Program-made: the position numbers and the translations under genes | The notes under the pieces: model-generated | Told to the model about the DNA's origin: nothing | Seen by the model: the letters and a program-made list of their open reading frames with translations, nothing else | Databases searched by the model: none | In this document: positions 54,335 through 64,000 of the stretch, piece by piece | Numbering within the stretch: the first letter of the stretch is position 1 | How the letters are laid out: each line of letters begins with the position of its first letter | Source: Stylophora pistillata | Taxonomy: Eukaryota | Direction of reading: 5' to 3' | Assembly (NCBI RefSeq): GCF_002571385.2 | Contig: NW_019217867.1 | Location: 67,885-131,884 of the forward strand | Length of the DNA: 64,000 nt

Positions 54335-55323
54335 TTTAACTTCTTCTTGTCAAAGCGCAACCTTGCCACCAGGCCTTTCTCATTCCAAGCCATTCGCCAG
54401 CTCATTTGGAATAATTTATACCCGAAGAACCACGAAATTATTGGCGGTGTTGAGCAGAATTCAAGTTACGACATTCAAATGTATCTACACCCTTTGATTC
54501 GCTTTTTTTAGGCGATCCGATGACCTGAAGGGCCATGCAAGTCTTGAAGGATAAGCTTCACCGTAAGTAAAGCCTCCTATTTTTTTCATTGAAATCACTT
54601 TTGAGCACTAAAGTGAATTAATTACTTGAGTTCTGTGCGAGCCAGCGTTGTTTACTTTTTAACAGGTCAAGAGCTCCAGTTTGTTTCAGTTAATAGATTC
54701 TTGGTCGAATCCGTTTGAAATTCATAAACGAGGGGAACCAATTAACGTGAAGCAGTAGATATCCTCACAGTTTCGAGACAAAAGACGACTCAAAACTGTA
54801 CGGCACGATTCGCTTTTAATGTCAACGTGCTGTGAGTCGCACCGTAATGAAGAATTTTAATCAGGTTTCATAATCGTCACATATGGTGGAATTATCAAAG
54901 CCTTGTCAAACAAAGGATTATAGAAACACTCGTTTTCGTTCAGCAAGCTTCGACTTTTCCCACAATCGAAATGTTCCTTTCATGAGAAATACAAACAACT
55001 AAGCTTGTGTACAATGGCCTCAAAGTTCAATTTCGAAGACTCAAATAACAAAGAAGGAAACAAACAATTGACTTATTTTTTACTGAATTCGAAATTGTTT
55101 TAGCGATACCAACCTAGAACGAAGACATGGGATCGTGATTGTAAGGCCTACGGCCAGCACGATGCGGTCCATTTCACGCTCATTCCCCAAGTGGCGACTA
55201 CGCGTTCACAAACCTGCTTTTGTATGTTATACTAATGAACTATAAGAACCAAAGACTTTCGGCCTAGGAATTCATAGCAAATCACATAAACTGCTAAAGT
55301 GAGCGCATCGATAAAATCATAAA

Positions 55324-55359
<36 letters not shown>

Positions 55360-57023
55360 AGAACATTCTCGTCTTGTTTGCGGCTTCGAAATTCGAAGTG
55401 ATTGTGTAAACAGTATAGTAGTCGTTGAAAACTAGATGGAAGGAATATTTTAGAAAACATGATCTCTAATTCGACCAAACATCCATCAATACTGGAAGGG
55501 GCAGGAGTCGATCAGTTCAGTTCTAATCTGCATGTAGATCTGCGCCAGATTTGTCACGGTATTAACGCGGTCTAGGGAGATCGCAATGACATTGCATTGT
55601 GTTTCGTGTCATTCGATGCCGCAAAGAATAGCACTCGGTCAGGTCTAATGTCTACAAGGAACGCTACCGTGGTCTATGATTTATATTCTATAGTAGGTGA
55701 TAAAAGTTTACGTAAAATCTATAATTTTAACATCATTTGAAACTCTGAACTCAATCAAACTCTTTCCCTTCTCAATTTTTTTCCGATATCGAAACAAATG
55801 TGTACAAACCAAGTGGAAGTCACGAAACTCGTGTAAACCGTTACTCTCAGATGTGTCTTCATGGAAACTGCCGAAGGCCGTCGCCGTTCACATCTGCTCA
55901 CGTTTCGCATTGTTTTTTCAACGCCTCTGGTGAACCAACGCCATAAAACAAGAACTCTTAATTATGACAAAATCCTCCGTAATGGCCTGTTATGGATATT
56001 TAAGATCGCTGAAATAAGTATTAATTACAATTATACCAATTTCTCGAGTTTAATTTCACCATTTAGCAGCTTTTAACGAGCCGAATTGAACTTTTCATTC
56101 AGAGAAAATTCTCCCCACTCTTTCGAGGTCCAGAATACTTTTACTATCGCGAGGTATAGTGTTATTTTAATCTGGTTCAGTGTTTGAATTAATTTTTTCG
56201 AGTGAATTTGCGTGAAAAATCTGCGGTAAAGTAATATCAGTTTTTTCAGAGTAAACATCCGGAACAATCCCTCAAGTTGTTAGCTGCTAAATTTAATTAC
56301 AGAACGTATTCAAAGGTCTCAAACAACTTACTAGTGAAGCTATAAATTAAAATTTTGCCGTGCTTTATTATAATTTCAGAATATCTGTACGTGCTGAAAT
56401 AGTCAAGTAGCGTCAAATTGAAACAATAACGAGCCTATGATCACTCCCTTTCCAATTGATTTGTACCATTTACAATTTTATTATCCTGTAGATATAGGCC
56501 ATCATCATAGCCCAAAGTTAAGTCACGGCGATAAACGAAATGGGTCCAAACAAAAGGACAAGGAGGAAAAACGTAAAGGTGACAAAGGTGTGTTGATAAC
56601 TTTGTTATGGTTAGCTCATTGGAGGAACAACGCCATAACCTATCTCCGTTTTATCGGTTTGTGACTGTTAAATGTCCCACTTTCTTTAACGCCTCGATTT
56701 TCATTTGGTTTAAAAAAAGCGAAGATGAAATTTTCCTATCGTGAAACCTCTCCTGGAGTAGAGAATTTAAAGCTTGGCGCTAAGATTTAATTTTCCATAT
56801 TTGGAAAGCATACCCAAATCTGGTAATTTCGTTTTCTCTTCATTTTGACGTCACACCTTCGTGTTGAGCGGCATCCATGTTGGATTTCCTTCGCTGACAT
56901 CTATGTGAGGTTACAATCTCAGGCCATCCTGGCCTTTCATCTGTATTTGGTCTTTCTCTAGGGTGAAATTCAGTTTTAGGACATCTATGTGTCGCTTTAT
57001 AGGTGTATATTGCCGTTAATGCG

Positions 57024-60000
57024 ATGGCAAGTAAGTATTTGCCGATGTTAAATACAAATATCGTATCAGTGTTACAGAACTAGTCATTGTAAGAGATGAT
57101 CATCATAATATTTTGTGTCTGCAGAAGATGGAGGAGAAGTACAGTGGTGCTTTTCGCAGGTAAAGGGGACATTAGACGAGGATCTCACAGAAGGTAAAAA
57201 AGGCTCTAGCTTAGAACCGTTACTCGGTTAGGCGCTAAGTTTGGTCTGTTAAAGCTTAGACCAACTAGTTATCTACGCAAGGTACAAATTTGTTCACTTG
57301 TACTTTAAAAGCATTTACACTCATGTAAATGTTTCTGATTTTCAGCTGATATCGTTTCAACCGTTGAATTTAACCACGATGGCGAGCTTCTTGCAACTGG
57401 TGATAAGGGAGGCAGGATTGTTATCTTTCAGAAAGAAGAAGCGGTGAGAATTTTTGGAAGTAAATGACCGGTTGTTCATAAATTCCTGTCGGTGTTAACT
57501 GCGTTTTTCGTAATCGCTTTTCATGAGTAAATCTGTTCTCTTTTTAATTTTTATTCCAGCCGAAGGGATCGCAGCATTATGGTGAATACAACGTGTACAG
57601 TACTTTCCAAAGTCACGAACCAGAGTTCGATTATCTAAAGAGTTTGGAGATCGAAGAGAAGATAAATAAGATCAAGTGGTTAAAGCGGCGAAACGCGTCG
57701 CACTTTTTGCTCTCAACTAATGGTATAGGTTTATTATTTATTTACTCGTTTTACCACATAACACCACCAGTTAATTTTGGAACACGACACTTGAAACCCA
57801 AATAAATGTCAGTTCGATAGATTTGTCCTGCTTCCCTTCGATAGGTGTGTCAGCAGGTTGTTTCGGTTCTGATATTGTACATTTGTGTGGGTAATAGCTC
57901 ACTACGTGGGGCACATCATGTTTATACGTCTCTAGACTAATCAAACAATGGTGTGACAGGGCAGTGTTCTTGTGTGAAATTCGCTCGATCAGAAGCTCGT
58001 AAAATTGTTGCACTCAATTTCACTTTTTGCACCCGGGATTGAAACTGGAGTTGATGTTAACGTTTAGACTCTAGAGCTTTGAAATTGCGATAACGTGAAT
58101 TACAGTAGAGGGACTTGCAACTGCTTTAACTCAAAACGCTAATCAAACTTATATTTGCAGAATTTTTGTAGAATATTAAGTTCCAAAGCTACATGCGTTA
58201 CTTGGTGGGACATAACAGCGGTACTTCTGATTCCTTATCGCTTTCTTTCGTTCAGAAATAGCTCAAAAAGAAGGTTCTTTCCCAAATCACTTGTTACAAT
58301 GATTAAAGTTACAGTGTTACTGATACTAGTTTACTTGGAAGGATAATTTTTTTCAGCGTTAAATTTGTTTGATGGGATATTTGTAACATATGCTTACATG
58401 AACTGGTTACGGTAAAACCCATTTTTTGTAGCCATGTGGTTGCACTTTTCAAACCAGCCACCTATGTCAGTGAAGTCTCAATGTTAATCAAAGTGCTTGG
58501 CTTGGAAAATGCTTATGCTTGCACATCAATGTAGACTTTAATCATGGATTGAAACAAATAGTTATTTTTCTGTTTGCAGATAAAACTGTTAAATTATGGA
58601 AAATTTCTGAACGGTGCTTTGCTGCGAGTAACTTCAACCTACGAGATGACCAGGGGGTACCAAGAAATCCTGAGGACGTAACATCACTGAGGGTACCTAT
58701 TTTTAAGCCCTCTGAGCTAGTGGTGGAAGCAAGTCCTAGAAGAGTATATGCAAATGCTCACACATACCACATCAATTCGATATCACTAAACAGTGATGAT
58801 GAGACATACCTATCCGCAGATGATCTGAGGATCAACTTGTGGCATCTTGGGATCAATGATCAGAGTTATAGTATCCTTTTCCATGTAAAGTAACATTTTT
58901 TAGTTATGAATTTGATTACTTCTGAATTGCTTATTCTCTTTCATTTATGCTCCACTTCAATTTTGCATTTCATGCGATTGTGTTTTCTTTAGTACAAAGT
59001 ACAGCACAAGAACTATTTTCTTTTTACAGAGCAAGAATTATACTAGACATGATACTTGTTTAGCTTCATGGACAAAACTTAAAAGACAGGGCTATCTTCT
59101 TTTTCTACCCTTTTTCTGATTCATTATACTCTTTGAACTGAACTGGAACATATTGAGCTTTACCATGATTAATTGTCTGTCATTTCCTGAGGCCAATATC
59201 TGTCAGTTATGTGTATGAGTACCACAGTAATATCAGTGCAGTGAAATAAAAATAGCTAATTACTGGATGCAAGGCACTCTGTTTGTACTAATTAGAAGAG
59301 AAAGTGTTGTACAGTACAGGAATTATTTTATTTGTAGGGCTGTCATTAAGTGAAGCAGGGTAATATGTACCAAATGGTAACGCAACAGTATCACAATCTT
59401 CACCCATAACACTGTGATAGCTCAACCATAACAGGTGTTATGAGATGTGGTCCTTATTGACAGCCTTTATTTATGTCTGCAACCAGAGGAACAGTTTATT
59501 TCCTGGTGACGTATGACAAAAGTGTCTTGTTTTTTAGAAAGTGTGTCCATTTCAACAGAGGAAGTGAAAGAAATGAAACCCAAACTTTTTTAACAGTTAA
59601 TTAGATATTGTTGATATCAAACCAGCAAACATGGAGGAACTCACTGAAGTAATTACAGCAGCAGAGTTTCATCCAATAGAGTGCAGTACATTTGCATACA
59701 GTAGCAGTAAAGGAACTGTCAGGTTATGTGACATGAGACAATCTGCATTGTGTGACAGGCATACTAAAAGTAAGTTTTTGTGCCTTTTCTTTGAACATAC
59801 AGTTGCAGCTTCATGTTTTTGTGCCTACTGTGCCCTCCCCCTAGGAAGGCTGTAGGCACTTTGTTATAGTGTTGTGTAAGTCTGTAAACCTCCCCCCAAG
59901 TTCCTCGTGGTTTTGAAAATTGAAGACTATCACAAGACACTCCTAACTTTTCTTGTGACTCTTCCTGGTTAAGTTCTAACACTGGGCATCACTAAATGAA

Positions 60001-62186
60001 TCTGATTGGGTTTCTTCAGACTTGTTTTTGGTTTTTTTGGGTCTAGTTAAATTTTTTTTTCAGGGCATCAGCTCTGCATTTTGACCTTGTTATCAATTTG
60101 AATATAAGAGCTACATGTGCATTTACTCTGAACATATCTAACATGTCATTTGAAGAAGAATTTTAAATTGAAGTGATAAAATGAAAGGAAGGGAAAAAGA
60201 AAGAAAAAGGCAAAAAAAATAGGTTTGCTTGGCTGCAGCTTGAACCTTGTACCTTCAGACTCAAGAAGAGTAGGAACATCCACGGCACTAGGTACACACA
60301 GTGTGCAAAGTGGCAAAATTTTGTATTGAAACTAATTTGATGTACATTTGATACATGTGCCTATTCTACTAATTTCCTGCTTTGTCCCCGGCCTGTCAAT
60401 TGACCAGCGCATAAACTCTGCTCTGACCAAGTCCTCCTTTTGTAACAAGTTTAGCATTGACATGAGCTGTTCATTGACCCCTTCGCATTTTACACCACAC
60501 TGTGTTTTTACTGCAATAATCAACTATACAACAGTAGGCACATGTAGTCATAGACTGCCTTTTAGTGTTTTCTTGATTGGTTGCTTTGTAAGCTCACTCA
60601 CCTCTGTCAATTGCAATGTAAAAATATGGCACCTTTGGTGGTTATGGTAAGAAGATTAGTGAAGACCTCTTCTGTAGCTCCCAAATAATGCAAACACTGC
60701 TATGAATAACCAATTGTTCCAATTGTAGTGTTTGAGGAACCAGAGGATCCTGGGGCAAGATCTTTTTTCTCAGAGATCATTTCATCAATATCAGATGTGA
60801 GATTCAGCCACAGTGGCCGGTACATGTTGACGCGTGACTACTTAACTGTTAAAGTATGGGATCTTAACATGGAAAGCAAACCAGTGGAGGTCTACAATGT
60901 TCATGATTACCTTAGAAGCAAGTTATGCTCACTATATGAAAATGATTGCATCTTTGACAAGTTTGAATGTGTTTGGAATGGAAATGATGGGTAAGTTAAA
61001 GGTGATGCACTTCTCCTGTAAAGTTTCCTTTTTCTCCAAAATGTTTAGTCATATATTAGTTATATTAGCTGTGAGATTTCTTGAAGAGCAATGGATGTCA
61101 ATATTTTTCTTGTCTGTGAAGGAACTCCTTGCTTAACAAAGGTCATTTATGCATAAGATAAAAATGATGGTAAATGGAAACCCAGTTGTCATCTTACCGT
61201 ACGTATGAATCAATTAGGTGTTTAAGATTATTCGTTTATTATACAGCTGGCAGTTCCCATGGCTAATATGAAGCAAATCCTGTGTTGTGATTGGCTACCC
61301 AAGCAAGCAAGATGGGCCCATCTTGCCCGCTTAGGATTGCCTACATTGATCCAGTGCATGAAAAAAGTTGAATTAGAACTACGTTGTAATACTTAAACAA
61401 TGTCGGCAATGGAAATGCAAAAAGTGTCAGATAGTCAAAACAAAGAAAAGAGAAGTGACTCTTGTGTCCTTGCATAATGTATTTGAGTTGTGGCTTTTCC
61501 TGTTTTTTTTTTTTCTTTATACATCCCAAGTGTTACCTTTTATTTGGGCCTTGTAAACAATGACATTGATCTCTAGAAGTTCTGTTGAAACCAGATTCAT
61601 CATAAAAGGCTTAATAACGTTAATGTTGACAGGCACATGTAAATTATTTCCAAGTTAACTTTGCCTAAATAACATGCAAAGGGAGACTGAGTGTTTTCAG
61701 TTACAACATACAACAACTAAGATGCCAAACTTTGAATTAATGGTTTCCTCAATGTTTTCTTGTAATGGTGCAACTGGTGGCAGAATGACTAAGGAAGTAG
61801 AACTTTTGGATTGATGTTATTTATAGTCATTGTACTGATCAGTAAGCTGCTAACCTGTTTATTAAGTCATTTAGATATTCATTTCTTTCTTTTTTTCCAC
61901 TTTCAGGTCCATAATGACTGGTTCTTACAACAACTTCTTTCACATCTTTGACAGAAATGATAAACAGGATGTTTGTTTAGAGGCATCACGGGAGTTTAGT
62001 AAGCCACGGCAGATTTTGAAGCCTCGTCGTGTAGCAGTAACGGGAAAGAGAAAGAAAGATGATATCACAGTAGAATGCTTGGACTTTAGTCATAAGATTC
62101 TTCACACTGCTTGGCACCCACAAGAGAACATTATAGCAGTAGCAGCAACAAATAATTTGTACTTATTCCAGGAAGCCCGAACATAA
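57024..62186 (+). CDS. PPP2R2A: Protein phosphatase 2A B55 regulatory subunit (WD40), 8 exons, 444 aa
   Basis: Exons 57024-57030, 57125-57193, 57346-57443, 57560-57722, 58580-58870, 59605-59769, 60729-60990 and 61907-62186 join in frame (1335 nt). Motifs [45 protein letters not shown] and [14 protein letters not shown]. Co-orthologue of vertebrate PPP2R2A-D. Confidence 0.97.
58871..59604 (+). other. U12-type (minor spliceosome) GT-AG intron in PPP2R2
   Basis: 5' splice site GTATCCTTT; branch-like TTTTTTAAC 10 nt before the 3' junction, with no polypyrimidine tract after it. Confidence 0.88.
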
Positions 62187-64000
62187 CTCTTGTAACTGTT
62201 TATAGGATGCTTTTTTTGTAATGATAACAGACAATTTTGAATTTAGGTGTATCTAAATTGATGGTATCATATTGTGTAATGGTTTACACAGCAACTGTTA
62301 GGTAATTGTCATTTGTGAAGATTTTGAGAATACCATGTATTCTGTGGAGTTATGAAAAATTCATTTTGTTGGCATTTTGTAGAAATTCTGCATAAATTGA
62401 GTTGCCATCAGTTCTTTTAACCTGGACTGTTTGCTACATGTATAGCCAGACTGATTGCTTTTTTCCTTTTTTTCTTTTTTTGTTTGTTTTTTTGTTTTGT
62501 TTTGTTTTGTCACTTCATATTCAGAAAACTGTTTTACCTTTATCGGGAAAGGGGTAGCTCCTAAATCTTCATTTGAAAAGTGATTTTCACATCGTGTAAA
62601 TATTAAAAGCATTACTTGTTAGATGAGAGCAGCTTAAAATTCAGGTGACTTGTGGGAGTGAGTTTATAATGTAACCTAATTAATTTCGAGAACTAATCTT
62701 TGGACTATTGCTTACATTCTAGACACATTTTTTTCTTATTTAAATTTAAACTTTACATGCGTTCTTTTAGGTCTCTTATTTCTCTGGGTCACTGTAATGC
62801 CAAAAAAAATAGTAACAGTGTTTCATTTAACTTTTCCTTTCTTGTTCTTTGACTTGGTGGTGTTGTGGTATTTTTTATTGTGACGATAATACCATGCAGT
62901 AGTATTCAATACATTTATTAGTGTGGACACACCTTGATACTTGATTTCTTCATCATTTGTTGTGAACATTTTCCAAGCCTGACAAGTGATACTGTTTCTC
63001 CTCAACAAGATCGATGATGTTTTTTAGCGTTAGTAGCTGGACTATTTAAATGGAGAAGAAAGAATATATTGATTTGTAACTGCTTACAATTAAAAACGAT
63101 TTTGTTTTTATAATTGTTTGTGTTAGATTGAGAGTACACATACAGAACTTTAGTTCCCCCGAATGAAGGGAGCTAATAAAATGTTGGGTTATTGAGCTAA
63201 AAAATACATGAAGAGTAATCGGTCTCTCCTTGGGAGACTTCCGTCGGAAAAGGAGGGGGGGAAAAGTGACTAAACCACTGCCGCACTTGCCACATAAGGA
63301 AATTAGAAGGAACAAGACGCCTGAAGGAGATTCCGTGGAACGTGTTGGCAACTGAGCGTAGCATTGGAAGGAATTGTGCACTTGCAGTTAACTACCAAGA
63401 TTAGTAAGTAAGATCAGTCGAAGAAATCACTGCGCGAAATTTCTGGGACTGTAGTTGAATGTAGCGAAAAGTAGCAGCTAATCAAAAACCCCTGGATTTT
63501 CGGGGAATGTCGGGCATCTTTCAGCGGCCTTAATTTGTTTATCAAACACGTTATGAAGTACGAAAACAGGCCGTACACACTTAGGGCCTGTTCGCATTCG
63601 TAGTTAATTATGGAGTATGTTGAGACCATTGAGCGATATCGATTTTGCAATAAACCCTACGCAAGGTGAGGTGAATCGGTAGATTTCGTGACATTTTATG
63701 GTTAACAACATAAAAACGTACGCCTTCCTCGTATCAACATTTCCTAAATCAGTTTGTGATAAAATAGCGATGACCTCTCCTCAAAATCGTGTATTTTCAC
63801 CTTTTGAACTTTATTTCACACTATTAGTAGAAGTTAATATACATTGAAAAGTAAGAGAAAGAGGGAAGAATAATAGTAATAATTGGCTCTAAAGATAAGT
63901 TTGAGAGGTGCACGGTGTCCAAAGTAGCAAAGGCTTTCTAGTTGGACACCGTAATGGTCATATAAATAGATAAATAGATAGCAGCCTATAATAAAAGTAT

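Noticed and set aside
55127-55146. Another ATG...GTAAG as a PPP2R2 first exon
   Set aside because: In-frame TGA after three codons and the wrong phase.
63046-63650. Minus-strand ORFs of 111 and 78 aa
   Set aside because: No recognisable domain or splice structure; cannot be supported from this window.

Overview
Eukaryotic, AT-rich, intron-rich scaffold with three N-gaps. Gene content and repeat families point to a stony coral (anthozoan cnidarian; inferred, not proven). Exons were reconstructed by hand, and every splice phase closes, for five conserved spliced genes: QDPR (+), LAP3 (+), WFS1/wolframin (-), GOLGA7 (-) and PPP2R2/B55 (+). The window also holds the 5' part of a signal-peptide LRR gene (-), an intronless helical-domain + NHL-propeller gene (-) and an uncharacterised coiled-coil gene duplicated across a gap. 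The best candidate for an undescribed system is a 4.1-kb element in QDPR intron 2 (8863-12961). It is bounded by 38-bp terminal inverted repeats with DNA-transposon-style subterminal repeats, yet carries decayed virus-type genes: a putative capsid protein, an ApoL-like membrane protein, a large-DNA-virus-type PD-(D/E)XK nuclease and a Rho-N/NUMOD1-like protein. No polymerase or integrase is visible. Two of these genes only become readable after nested MITEs are removed. Other points of interest are Penelope-derived minimal hammerhead ribozyme motifs (one in a recent inverted insertion with a 14-bp TSD), two U12-type introns, a 16-nt active-site microexon in LAP3, a candidate alternative first exon of PPP2R2, and apparent ancient microsynteny with human 4p. 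Family assignments come from motif recognition only; no database searches were run.
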